A stretch of DNA of 58,141 nt from a virus (Duplodnaviria > Caudoviricetes). Under the pieces are notes generated by a model. It saw nothing but the letters and a program-made list of their open reading frames with translations. It searched no databases and was not told the DNA's origin. Within the stretch, counting starts at the first letter, position 1; each line of letters begins with the position of its first letter. Shown here piece by piece: positions 1-9,424 of the stretch. The translations under genes were made by a program, and so were the position numbers. The DNA lies in IMG/VR virus record IMGVR_UViG_3300025168_000098, positions 1 to 58,141 of that record; one strand, given 5' to 3'.

Positions 1-1170
1 ATGTGAATCTGAATCTGAATCTGAATCTGAATCTGAATCTGAATCTGAATCTGAATCTGAGTCTGAATCTGAATCTCCATCTGCATCTCCATCTGAATCT
101 GAATCCCCATCAGTTTCAGCACCTTCTGAATCTGCATCTCCTGTCATTGGTTCTGAGTCTGAATCTGAATCTTCTCCACCTTCTCCACCAGCACCTTCTG
201 AATCTGATTCTTCATCTGAATCTTCTCCATCACTACCAGCACCTTCTGAGTCTGAATCTGAACCTTCTGATTCTGAATCTCCAAGTGTGGATTCTGAATC
301 ATCTGAATCTGAATCATCTGAATCTGAATCGTCTGATTTCTTCTCTTCTTTTGGTTCTGCTTTTTCTGCTTCTTTCATGTCCTTGAATCTGTTAGAACTG
401 ACTTGTTCAGGATTGCGACCTTGAGACTCTTGTTGTTCTGATGCTTCCTCGACTTGTTGCTGAGATAAGTCATCTGATGACATTCCTGTGGATGGGTCAT
501 GTTCGTCAGGGAATGCTTCTCTAAACGATTTGATTAATCTCTTTGCTTGGTCTATCACAGCAGATGTATGTCTTTGCTTGATTGCATTGTTTAGTAATGC
601 TCTATTAGCATCCATGAAGTCAATAATTTCGGGTGTTGTAAACCAATGTGGTTCGTGAACAATTGCTTCGGTCATCATAGCAACCATTGCTTGCTCTTTC
701 AAAGGTGAATCATCAGTTGTGTTTTCTTTGTGTCTTTGCATGAAAACTTCGTGAGTAAATTGCATCCTCTTTCTGCTACCCTTCCAATCCTGACCGAATA
801 GGTGATTGATTCTAGCATCTTCTAGCATATTTACAAACTTGTGTAGTAGTGGGTCGCAAGTTCCTTTTTGTGTTGGCTTGACGCATTTTCGACTCCATGC
901 GACAAAATCCGTATAGCGATGATGAGCATTTTCATGTGCTAAGATTGCTTCTTGCATAATTTGATTGTAAGATGGATTGTCGTGCATTGTCTGAGGAATC
1001 CAAATTATTTTTCCATTGGTGCAAGCCTTCCCAGCAGGGTCAATCACTACTCTCTCGACCTTAGAACCGAAGCCTGTTAATTCTCCTGACATGACTTTTG
1101 AGACTCTATGGAATCTAGCGGCTTTTACTGCATTTCTTGACTTTGTTGTGGCTTCGGCTGTGTTGTTCAT
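1..1170 (-). CDS. CobT-like protein, N-terminal part (HExxH metallopeptidase-like domain plus acidic Ser-Asp linker); runs off the left edge
   Basis: Not in the ORF track. Manual translation from ATG 1170 gives MNNTAEATTK...ACTNGKIIWIP...ILAHENAHHRYTDF...NMLEDARIN, then a D/S/E/G-rich linker, open to the window edge. This is the usual N-terminus of vWA partners of MoxR/CobS ATPases; the vWA domain is presumably outside the window. Confidence 0.75.
   Translation of the reverse strand, partial: MNNTAEATTKSRNAVKAARFHRVSKVMSGELTGFGSKVERVVIDPAGKACTNGKIIWIPQTMHDNPSYNQIMQEAILAHENAHHRYTDFVAWSRKCVKPTQKGTCDPLLHKFVNMLEDARINHLFGQDWKGSRKRMQFTHEVFMQRHKENTTDDSPLKEQAMVAMMTEAIVHEPHWFTTPEIIDFMDANRALLNNAIKQRHTSAVIDQAKRLIKSFREAFPDEHDPSTGMSSDDLSQQQVEEASEQQESQGRNPEQVSSNRFKDMKEAEKAEPKEEKKSDDSDSDDSDSDDSESTLGDSESEGSDSDSEGAGSDGEDSDEESDSEGAGGEGGEDSDSDSEPMTGDADSEGAETDGDSDSDGDADGDSDSDSDSDSDSDSDSDSDSDSDSH
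4..75. repeat. (TGAATC)n hexamer microsatellite encoding poly(Asp-Ser)
   Basis: About 12 tandem TGAATC/TGAGTC units; degenerate copies continue to about 330. Confidence 0.9.
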
Positions 1171-1190
1171 ATCCCTACGGGGTTAGTTTC

Positions 1191-1234
1191 CGCTATTAAG
1201 CCGTTCTATGTGGTGGAATGTTTTAGTCAGACTT
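1191..1234 (-). promoter_or_regulatory. Promoter element shared by cobT- and cobS-like genes (copy 1)
   Basis: + strand CGCTATTA-N5-TTC-ATGTGGT-N9-TAGTCAGACTT aligns without gaps to 3900-3943. Confidence 0.6.
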
Positions 1235-2066
1235 TACCACCTTTACCAAACCTATCATTCTTCCTGAATGGAACAGGCTTGCTGTAAGCCGTTCTTAGGG
1301 TCAATAAATAGTTCTTCAAAACCCTAGATAATCCAGCATAATTCCAAGATTCAGATTGCATCTTTATTCCTGTGATTAAGTCATCTGTATTTACATGATT
1401 ATATTCAGCCATTTGAATCAGACTTGAGGGGTGATTATTCATTTTATTTCCATGATATTTTCCTGATAATATCGCTTGATTCTCTTCGACTCCAAACAAA
1501 TCTTTTGTTCTAACTTCTTCTTCACATCTAAATCCATTTGGAGATGTCAGAAGATTGAGTTCAGCACTTCTCCAAGTTGGAGATATCTCAGAAATATATT
1601 TCAGATGTTCATCATCAAAATCATTTGATTTGGATTTCAAAAAACCGAACAGATTTTCCTTAGAAGGTCTGTTGACTTCAACAAGTAAACTAATCTTCCT
1701 GAGATTGAACGGAACAGATTTCAGATTGATGACAATTATTATCATTGGAGATAATTTCTGACTTGAAAAATCTGATACTATTTTCCAATGTTTTTTTGAT
1801 AGAGAATCAGCATCATCAACAATCGCTATTCTCGATAATCCTGAAAGACTCAATGCTGTTACTTTTGAGAAAGGATATTTACCATTCAAGTCCGATATGA
1901 ATTGGGGTTCAAAACCTGAGTTTGTTGAGTATGATTTTGACAGGGTAGTTTTTCCAACTCCTGATTCTCCATGAATGATTATCGTGTTCATGTTAGATTT
2001 GTTTTTCATTGACCAATTATCTAACAAAGATTTCATTGGTTGATAGATTGATTTTATTCCAATCAT
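1227..2066 (-). CDS. rfcL: Replication factor C large subunit-like clamp-loader ATPase (short)
   Basis: IIIHGESGVGKTT Walker A, IAIVDDAD Walker B; replication context with rfcS and PCNA. Confidence 0.6.
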   Translation of the reverse strand: MIGIKSIYQPMKSLLDNWSMKNKSNMNTIIIHGESGVGKTTLSKSYSTNSGFEPQFISDLNGKYPFSKVTALSLSGLSRIAIVDDADSLSKKHWKIVSDFSSQKLSPMIIIVINLKSVPFNLRKISLLVEVNRPSKENLFGFLKSKSNDFDDEHLKYISEISPTWRSAELNLLTSPNGFRCEEEVRTKDLFGVEENQAILSGKYHGNKMNNHPSSLIQMAEYNHVNTDDLITGIKMQSESWNYAGLSRVLKNYLLTLRTAYSKPVPFRKNDRFGKGGKV

Positions 2067-2254
2067 TTCCAGCCCATCAATGTAGTCTGATTTCTTAGAT
2101 GTTCATTTGTCATATTTGGATTTCTGATATCTGTTGCTTGTGATATTGCAGATAGTATAGATTCCAATTTTTCAATCCTGAGATTTAATTGTTGGATTTG
2201 TAATCTCATATCTTCAATTTCGTGCTGTGCATTTCTCTCATTCTGATTACTCAT
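2063..2254 (-). CDS. Small coiled-coil protein with C-terminal PIP-box-like motif
   Basis: Start moved to MSNQNER (ATG 2254) by promoter spacing; heptad helix; ends NQTTLMGWK; ATGA overlap with rfcL. Confidence 0.65.
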   Translation of the reverse strand: MSNQNERNAQHEIEDMRLQIQQLNLRIEKLESILSAISQATDIRNPNMTNEHLRNQTTLMGWK

Positions 2255-2483
2255 ATCAAAGCCTGATATTCCCACCTTTATCAATATCGTAGTTAGAAGC
2301 ATTTACGAATCTGACTATTCTGATACCAATAGAGACAATCTGAGCCATTTGTTAGATTGTCAGGACTCAGATTACCACCGATATCAAAACGTGGCCTTAG
2401 AATCTCTCTATCGGCATATGTTGAGGCCAACATCTAATATTCTAACTCACGTCAGAAAAAAATTGAGAAAAAATCAGATATTG

Positions 2484-2520
2484 AAAATAAAAAAAAGGGA
2501 GACAACCGAAGTTGCCCCCC
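2484..2520 (-). terminator. Hairpin-U-tract terminator with cUUCGg loop, after cobS-like gene
   Basis: Minus strand GGGGGGCAAC-TTCG-GTTGTCTCCC-TTTTTTTTATTTT. Confidence 0.8.
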
Positions 2521-2595
2521 AATTTTTTTTTCGTCTGTTATTTTTCGCTTGATATCACATCCTTAATTTTTATTTTCTAATCTCCAATTTATTCC

Positions 2596-3840
2596 TTAAG
2601 CCAAATCCTCGATGTTTGCTCTTGCTAGGATTTTAACTTCTTCAACGTCATCAACGTCAAACAATGGGTAAACAACTGTATCAAGAGTTTGTTGCATATT
2701 GTAAACAGATAATGTCTCCATCATAGTTACAAGTGTTCTTGTTCCTAAGTCAGTTGGTTCTGAAAATGTCATTGATTCGTTTGCCTTTCTAACATTGCGA
2801 GCGAACTGAACAATTTCTGTTGCCGCATCTACATTGAAATTACTTGATTGTTCTTGGATAACTTGTATCTCTAAATCACGGCCAAGATAGTCGAAGTCTA
2901 ATGTGTGAGTAAACCTACTTCGTGTTGCATTGTTTAGTGGTGAAGTTCCAGCATAGTTTGGATTCATGGATGCTATAATTCTAAAGTCAGGATGAGCGTG
3001 AAGGACTTCTGCACCTGATGCACTTCCTTTCTGATTTATGACCATATGACCAGCATCTAAAACATCGTTTAATTGACTTAGAACTGCTGGCTTGATGAAG
3101 TTGATTTCATCAATGTAAAGAATGCATCCATGACGCATTGCTTTTGTTAATTGGCCGTCTACGAAATGTGTTTCAGTTCCGCCACTTGGGGTTGTTCTAA
3201 CTAGAAGCATTCCTTGAAGGTCATCCCATTCAACACCAACACCACCAACTATTCTGCAAATTGGTTGGCTGATAAGGCGACCAAACTCATAGATAGCCAT
3301 AGTTTTTCCACAGCCTGTTCCACCCTGAGTCAGCAAAGCCGATTTCATTTTATGACAGAAAGCCATAAACTCTAATTCTGAGCCAACTATACCTTGCTCA
3401 ACGTAGCCCTTTGCTACTGTTGGTATTAGTGCTTGAATATCTGCTGGATAAGCAGACGCATCTTTCTTAGCGATTCCGCAGAATACATTTGGTGATGGTG
3501 CAGATGTCATTCCTGATACAGTTGTAGTGATAGTTGGAGACATTGCTCTAGCCCCTCTAGGTATTGATGTAGTTCCGTTAATTGCCGCTTCGACTTGTTC
3601 ATCAGACCAAACATACTGTTGGCCGTTAATGTCTATTTTTTGTAGTCCAGCACCAGCAAGATTCTTTGCTGTAAAACAATGTGCTTTGAGAGAAGTTGGG
3701 TTTGGTATTCCACCATTTGCCGTGATACTATCGGCTATTTCAGCCAAATAGGTTTCACGGTCAACCCTACCGTTGTGGTCATCAACCACATCGAACATTC
3801 TTTGTTGTGTCTCCGTCATATTTTCATTTCGTGTTGTCAT
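2596..3840 (-). CDS. CobS/MoxR-like AAA+ ATPase
   Basis: GGTGCGKT Walker A, ILYIDEIN Walker B, AHPDFRIIASMNP and LNNATRSRF motifs; start placed at MTTR after a GGAGATGA SD. Confidence 0.85.
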   Translation of the reverse strand: MTTRNENMTETQQRMFDVVDDHNGRVDRETYLAEIADSITANGGIPNPTSLKAHCFTAKNLAGAGLQKIDINGQQYVWSDEQVEAAINGTTSIPRGARAMSPTITTTVSGMTSAPSPNVFCGIAKKDASAYPADIQALIPTVAKGYVEQGIVGSELEFMAFCHKMKSALLTQGGTGCGKTMAIYEFGRLISQPICRIVGGVGVEWDDLQGMLLVRTTPSGGTETHFVDGQLTKAMRHGCILYIDEINFIKPAVLSQLNDVLDAGHMVINQKGSASGAEVLHAHPDFRIIASMNPNYAGTSPLNNATRSRFTHTLDFDYLGRDLEIQVIQEQSSNFNVDAATEIVQFARNVRKANESMTFSEPTDLGTRTLVTMMETLSVYNMQQTLDTVVYPLFDVDDVEEVKILARANIEDLA

Positions 3841-3899
3841 TTTTTTCATCTCCATTTTTTTCAATTTGCCCTTCTCGGCGACTCTTCGGACTGAGTGTT

Positions 3900-3943
3900 C
3901 GCTATTATACTCTTCCATGTGGTCTAACAAAATAGTCAGACTT
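3900..3943 (-). promoter_or_regulatory. Promoter element shared by cobT- and cobS-like genes (copy 2)
   Basis: Same blocks and spacing as 1191-1234. Confidence 0.6.
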
Positions 3944-3958
3944 CAATGGATTTGGATA

Positions 3959-4429
3959 TTAGAGCAACTTCTTGATTTTCAAATACGTCATAATCATTCT
4001 TTCATCCCAAGCAATCTCAGCCTGTTTTCTTTCGTAATCAAGAATCTTTTTTCCAGCATAATATCTGTATGTGCTGGCCTGAGAGTTTGTGTAATTCATA
4101 GCCTGTATCAAGATTCGATTTATTTCTTTCACACATACATATGGAAATAATGGTTCTTCATTTTTGTCAGGCCAGCAGAAATTAAAAACAGAAATCCCTG
4201 ATTGTTTTGGGTCATCTCTCATACACAAAACTGCAATCCTTTGAGCGTGTTCTGACCATAGTTTTTTTTCTTTCTTAGAAGCATTCCTTAGTATCTCATC
4301 AAACTTCCCTAAGTGGCTGAGATTGAGTGTAATCAACCACATCGTTTGATGATGTGTAAATCCACATTCACCCCTCAACATCTCATACACTTTTCTTCTC
4401 CGACTTTGAACTACGCTCATGTGAACCAC
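3959..4429 (-). CDS. Hypothetical protein
   Basis: 156-aa ORF overlapping the polB stop. Confidence 0.6.
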   Translation of the reverse strand: MVHMSVVQSRRRKVYEMLRGECGFTHHQTMWLITLNLSHLGKFDEILRNASKKEKKLWSEHAQRIAVLCMRDDPKQSGISVFNFCWPDKNEEPLFPYVCVKEINRILIQAMNYTNSQASTYRYYAGKKILDYERKQAEIAWDERMIMTYLKIKKLL

Positions 4430-7071
4430 TCATCTAAACCAACTTGATTCATTCCAACAAGTGAAGTTTTCCAAGAAGTTCTGAATGCACCCAAAATACC
4501 TTCCCAAGATTTCGATTTTGTGAAGTGTTTGTTGAACGATTCTTCCCTGTTGACTTCAACACCAAAAGACTCAGGAGTTTCCCCCCATTCGATTGCGACA
4601 ATTTTGTTTGCTGGAAGATTCCCATTTTTTGTCGAAGATGCATTGAACAAAACGGGCTTGTCTCCAATGTCAAAATTAGTTCCAATATTTTTGTTAGACC
4701 ATAGCCCTGCTTTGTGAGCCTGAGTTCCGGTCTTTTTCATTCCCATCGGCTGACCAAAATCTATACTCGGTGTTTTCTCGACATCCATCAAATCAGAATG
4801 GATTTCTCTTAACAAATTATTAAGTTCAGATTTGTTGCATCCTTGAAGTATAGAATCAAAAACTTTCAACTGTGCATCTTTGACAATCTTGGGTGCAGAT
4901 GACCTTCTAATCTCGACCCCCCTGAATCCATGTTTACCATTGAAATCTCGATACGCATATCTCTTTTTTACACCCCAAGAAAAGAATCTTTCATAGTGTG
5001 CATCAGGCTTCACAAAAAAGAACTCATTCTTCTCAACACCCAATGTCTCCTGAACAAATCTATCGTAGGAATTATTCAACATTATACACAACATATTTGC
5101 TATCGAAATCACATCATCTTTTGTGAAGTCTCTAACTGCATTCTGAGCCTCATCGTGATTGGTTATTGCTACCTTACAGGAATCAGTATCTTGACCTATG
5201 ACATGGAATGATAATTTGATTCCTTCTGCATCTCCAATATCTTCTGTAAAGGGTTCAATACCCAAATCAGAAAACCAAAGATTTGTTGCTTCAATTAAAT
5301 CCTTATTCCATTGATTATGTATTCTCGCAATTTCTGTAATATCTGACCCCAATTCAGGCAATGCTAATCTGAATGGCCTTCGTTTTGTTTTCTCAGTTTC
5401 ACCTGAATAAAGAACTCCATACCAACTATTCATACTCTCCTTCATTACACGCTGACGTTGATTCAATCGGTTGCCTAATTCTTCATCACCATTTTCATAT
5501 GCTTCTCGCATTAATGCCTGTGTTTCTTTTCTAAGAATAGCAAGATTACGAAGAACAGAAGGCATGATTCCTTCTCTATCTCTTCGATAAATCCGACCTG
5601 CTGGCGTAGTAGTAATTGGGAATGGAAATCCATTAGGATAATCTGCTGGATTAACAAGAGTATCAGGACTTCCGTTTGTAGTAATAATCACCGATGGATA
5701 TTCCATTGAATTATCAACTTCAAAGGCATTCTGATAGACTCCAATTGGATTCTCCATGACGAATCCACCTAACTGTATTCCACCTGTTGTTCTTCGCTGT
5801 CTGACAACTTCAACAGAAGGCATAATAATATTCTTTTGAAACAACAAATGCCCCATCATATCTTCGACCAACATCATGTTAGAGTTTGCTTTTCTCATAA
5901 CTGAATTATGGAATGCAGTTTTTGTCAGGTAAAATGGAACAAGATTTAGTTGGTTCATACATCTCTCAACACATACATTATCCCATATGTTATAGACAGC
6001 CAACATCATTGGGTCTTTCTCCATTAATTCTGTAATTCTTGTTCGTGGAACTTTACCATATCCGAGAACAGAACCAGCCATCCAAGCAAGTGAACCTGAA
6101 CCTGTTGTTGCCGCCGCACCTTGAACCTGTTCTGCATATGCAATTTTAGAATCAAATAGTCTTTGTTTTTTGAGCGACCAATATAGATTCGGATAACGAT
6201 GATGAACAGGAACTTTACCAGCATATCTTCTATCCATTTCTTTTCTCATTACTCGACATCTATTTCTCAAATATGGTATATCATATCCGATAATGTGTTG
6301 ACCACCAAGTAAGTCTCTATCTAAATCTTCTAATCTTTTCTTGAACCACCAAAGTAAGGCCGCTTCATTTGTATCTTCATCCATATGAGAAAAGGATTCG
6401 ACTAAGACCTTCTCAGGGTCAAGTGGGGGAATTGGACTAGAATGCTCAACAACGCTCTCTAACGCCTTCCCTGACCCCAAAAATCGCCTAACTTGGTGTT
6501 GGCTAGTCGGAGAAGTAGTTCCAACTTCGTGAATACCCGTTACACTATCAACAAATGCAATACTCACAACTCTTTCAGGGGCATTATCAACATCAAGTGA
6601 ATCTGCTGTTTCAATATCAAACCAAACTATGTCGAGATTGAATCTTGTTGGGTCAGTTTCACTTGGTCGAATGTGAATCGGTCTGAGATTTCTTCCCGAT
6701 GCTAATTCATCCATGTTGATGTCAACAACCGAAGTCCATCCGTAAATCCACCGAACCAAAGAACTCCAAGAAACATCTGCTGAATAATGTGGATAAAAGT
6801 AATCTCTAATCTCTCTAATATCTGACGGCTTCTCAACTCTAATCTCATACAATGGAACGCCTGTTATCGAAGTCTTATCTGAGAGTTTTGTTGACGTAAC
6901 AAAATCAGGAAGATTTGGAATATCATCAGGATTTTTTTCTGACCAAAATCTTGGAACACAACCCTCAACTGTTACCTTTTTTGTTGACCCATCCAAAGCC
7001 TTCAATCTAAGATGAGTTAGAAGATTATTTGTTTCGTCATATTCAATTGATACAATAAGAAAAGATTCCAT
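4417..7071 (-). CDS. polB: Family B DNA polymerase
   Basis: ExoI WFDIET, ExoII GYDIPYL, ExoIII YNIWDN; motifs DNSMEYPS, KESMNSWYG, QDTDS, KKRYA; C-terminal PIP box QVGLDEWF. Confidence 0.95.
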   Translation of the reverse strand: MESFLIVSIEYDETNNLLTHLRLKALDGSTKKVTVEGCVPRFWSEKNPDDIPNLPDFVTSTKLSDKTSITGVPLYEIRVEKPSDIREIRDYFYPHYSADVSWSSLVRWIYGWTSVVDINMDELASGRNLRPIHIRPSETDPTRFNLDIVWFDIETADSLDVDNAPERVVSIAFVDSVTGIHEVGTTSPTSQHQVRRFLGSGKALESVVEHSSPIPPLDPEKVLVESFSHMDEDTNEAALLWWFKKRLEDLDRDLLGGQHIIGYDIPYLRNRCRVMRKEMDRRYAGKVPVHHRYPNLYWSLKKQRLFDSKIAYAEQVQGAAATTGSGSLAWMAGSVLGYGKVPRTRITELMEKDPMMLAVYNIWDNVCVERCMNQLNLVPFYLTKTAFHNSVMRKANSNMMLVEDMMGHLLFQKNIIMPSVEVVRQRRTTGGIQLGGFVMENPIGVYQNAFEVDNSMEYPSVIITTNGSPDTLVNPADYPNGFPFPITTTPAGRIYRRDREGIMPSVLRNLAILRKETQALMREAYENGDEELGNRLNQRQRVMKESMNSWYGVLYSGETEKTKRRPFRLALPELGSDITEIARIHNQWNKDLIEATNLWFSDLGIEPFTEDIGDAEGIKLSFHVIGQDTDSCKVAITNHDEAQNAVRDFTKDDVISIANMLCIMLNNSYDRFVQETLGVEKNEFFFVKPDAHYERFFSWGVKKRYAYRDFNGKHGFRGVEIRRSSAPKIVKDAQLKVFDSILQGCNKSELNNLLREIHSDLMDVEKTPSIDFGQPMGMKKTGTQAHKAGLWSNKNIGTNFDIGDKPVLFNASSTKNGNLPANKIVAIEWGETPESFGVEVNREESFNKHFTKSKSWEGILGAFRTSWKTSLVGMNQVGLDEWFT

Positions 7072-7095
7072 AAACTCAATCGGGTTTTCCCACCC

Positions 7096-7494
7096 TTATG
7101 ATTGAATTGATTTTGATAACTTTGCATCAACCCATTCTTCTTGTTTTTCTCTAGTCCAAAATACGGGGTTCTGCATTGATTCATTCACTATCCATTCACC
7201 ATTCCAACCATTAATTTTCCTACCTTTGAAAGTATTCAATTTTTTTCTAAATGCTCTAATTTGTGTATCAGTAACTAATGGCTTACCTGCTGGATAATAA
7301 ATATATTTCTCCATTTTCAGATGGTAATCAGAAGCAACTTCCTGTCCGTATTTCGCCATACAATCTCTATTCCTTACTTTCACATCTCTAATTTTCGGCC
7401 AACCGTGTCTCAATTCATCATCAGTAAAGAGCATCATCAATCCTGATTTCGTCATTCCTTTAGGCCATGTTTGTCCGTTCTTATATTTCGTCAT
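7096..7494 (-). CDS. Hypothetical protein (accessory cassette)
   Basis: ORF with GGAGATGA SD; third gene of a 3-gene cassette. Confidence 0.6.
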   Translation of the reverse strand: MTKYKNGQTWPKGMTKSGLMMLFTDDELRHGWPKIRDVKVRNRDCMAKYGQEVASDYHLKMEKYIYYPAGKPLVTDTQIRAFRKKLNTFKGRKINGWNGEWIVNESMQNPVFWTREKQEEWVDAKLSKSIQS

Positions 7495-7495
7495 T

Positions 7496-7690
7496 TCATT
7501 CATCTCCATTCATTATAATTTGGCAACATTCTTCACAATAATTTGACGGATAAGGCATAAACTCTAATGCTTCTTTTTTAGTAGGCCAAACACAACATAA
7601 ACCATGTTCATCACAATGTAATACCCATCCATCGGCACTTTTCCATAAACTAACATCAGTATTAGTTTCTCTAACTTTTCTTGTTATCAT
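7496..7690 (-). CDS. Small Cys/His-rich hypothetical protein
   Basis: CDEH and CEEC putative Zn ligands; SD present. Confidence 0.6.
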   Translation of the reverse strand: MITRKVRETNTDVSLWKSADGWVLHCDEHGLCCVWPTKKEALEFMPYPSNYCEECCQIIMNGDE

Positions 7691-7691
7691 T

Positions 7692-7973
7692 TTACTCATC
7701 TCCATACATCATAGCAATGATATCTTCAATCCGAGTCATTCTTCCGCCCTTCCATCGTAGTAATTCACGAAGGCAAGTCTTGCATATTTTTCCATCCTCA
7801 ATTGCTTGTCTAAACTCATCCACAGTCATTGGTGTTTCTGTGAATGAATCAACTTGTTCAGAAGCAATTTTACAAGCCAGCCCAACATTGTGTTCTCCAT
7901 GAGAAAATGAGTCATCCCATGAGAAGTGGATTTTCTTGTTGTTGTTAATTCGTAGTAGTTTTCTTGTTGTCAT
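7692..7973 (-). CDS. Hypothetical protein with CxxC
   Basis: ICKTC motif; GAGGA SD; own promoter region at 7980-8075. Confidence 0.6.
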   Translation of the reverse strand: MTTRKLLRINNNKKIHFSWDDSFSHGEHNVGLACKIASEQVDSFTETPMTVDEFRQAIEDGKICKTCLRELLRWKGGRMTRIEDIIAMMYGDE

Positions 7974-8133
7974 TTTTTATTCCTCTTTTCGTTATGGCTT
8001 CGCTGGTTTCTCGCTGTGCTATGCACAGCAGGGGAAGGCCGCCGGTATATGAATGAAGATGTAGTCTGACTTGTTTAGTATATAAAGAAACAACAAATCT
8101 CACTATTTTCTACTTGAGCCGAGTAATTTTTTT

Positions 8134-8361
8134 TCAGTCGGATTCTTCCAACAACTCCGTGTTGAGTTCAACATCGAGAGAATCCAACATAATCAGAATC
8201 CGTTGAAGATAAACTGACAAATCCATAGCCTCTTCCATAGCATGATTTATCCATTCTTTCAAAGTCAAATCTGTTCGTTCCATTGTTGTGTTATATTTGT
8301 TCAAACCCAACTCGGCTCTTTGACGTATTTTTTCTATTACTTTTTCTTCAATTTCGCTCAT
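8134..8361 (-). CDS. MazG-like all-alpha nucleotide pyrophosphohydrolase-like protein
   Basis: GLNKYNTTMERTDL...WINHAMEEAMDLSVY pattern (EExxD), common in marine viruses. Confidence 0.55.
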   Translation of the reverse strand: MSEIEEKVIEKIRQRAELGLNKYNTTMERTDLTLKEWINHAMEEAMDLSVYLQRILIMLDSLDVELNTELLEESD

Positions 8362-9383
8362 ACAGTTATTCTCCTTAGAAATGTCTTGACGGTTAGTAAA
8401 TCATCAGATGAAATTGAACACCAATAAATTGCTTCGCCCATACTTTTGTAAATTGATTTTCTTAATTTATTTGGAACATTAGAATCTTCTTCAACAGTCA
8501 GCAGAAATGCATCTAAAATCTCAACTCCTGACATACCTTTTTCGCCTAAGTTTTCAACCATAGAATCTAGTCGCTGGTGAATCTTGACGTATTTGGAATC
8601 TTCAACACCTAACTTGTTGGATTCAACAGCCAATCCTAGCATTTGTCGAAGTGATTTCTGAGATATTTCGTTAGTGATTTCATTGACATCTTCAATTTCA
8701 ACTCGGATTGGTATGCGAGTAACAGAAAAAAGCAGATTTAATGCACTTCTCATAGAGCCATTTGAAGCCATTCCTACGGCCTCTAGTGCATTCGGTGCTA
8801 TATCGAGATGTTCTTGCTTTACAATAGCCTCTAAAGCCCTGCAAATAGCATCAGATGGGATAGGCTTGAACCTTGAACCTGAGAAAGCACATCTATCCCT
8901 GATTGGTGCAATAACTTTGTGAGGATAATTACAAGATAAAATAAATCTAGTTTGCTTGGAATATTTTTCCATGATTCTTCTCAACGCTGATTGAGCATCA
9001 GAAGTAAGATTATCACATTCATCGAGAAATACAACATTGAATGGAATCAACAAATCTTTTCCATCCTTAGTTTGATATGTTCCAATTGTTCCTCTTCTAG
9101 CGAAGTCTTTGACCGTAGTTCTGATGACATTGATGCTTCTCTCATCACTTGCATTTAACTCGATAAAATTGGCCTTCCAATCTTCACCAAACATAGATTT
9201 CATCAGGGCTACTGCAACTGATGTTTTTCCTGTTCCAGCCTTGCCTGAAAACATCATATGAGGAAATGCACCATCATCACCATTCTCATGTAATTTCTCA
9301 ACTACATACCTGAGTCTTTTCACTATATGTTCCTGACCAACAATATCATTAAGATTATTTGGGCGATATTTTTCAGACCACAT
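8358..9383 (-). CDS. rfcS: Replication factor C small subunit
   Basis: WSEKYRP, GKAGTGKT, ELNASDER, LDECDNLT, AQSALRR, RDRC motifs. Confidence 0.95.
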   Translation of the reverse strand: MWSEKYRPNNLNDIVGQEHIVKRLRYVVEKLHENGDDGAFPHMMFSGKAGTGKTSVAVALMKSMFGEDWKANFIELNASDERSINVIRTTVKDFARRGTIGTYQTKDGKDLLIPFNVVFLDECDNLTSDAQSALRRIMEKYSKQTRFILSCNYPHKVIAPIRDRCAFSGSRFKPIPSDAICRALEAIVKQEHLDIAPNALEAVGMASNGSMRSALNLLFSVTRIPIRVEIEDVNEITNEISQKSLRQMLGLAVESNKLGVEDSKYVKIHQRLDSMVENLGEKGMSGVEILDAFLLTVEEDSNVPNKLRKSIYKSMGEAIYWCSISSDDLLTVKTFLRRITV

Positions 9384-9424
9384 GGGATAATCTGTTTAAT
9401 CCCACCCTTATGATAGAATTGATT

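Noticed and set aside
3-386. Plus-strand poly-(Asn-Leu) ORF
   Set aside because: It is the antisense reading of the Ser-Asp repeat in the minus-strand CobT-like gene.
2596-3840. cobS/cobT as cobalamin-synthesis auxiliary genes
   Set aside because: No cobN or other cobalamin genes are present; viral CobS/CobT-like pairs are better treated as generic MoxR-vWA systems.
4417-7071. Inteins or introns in PolB, helicases or TerL
   Set aside because: Protein sizes are ordinary and no intein splice-junction motifs or interrupted frames were seen.
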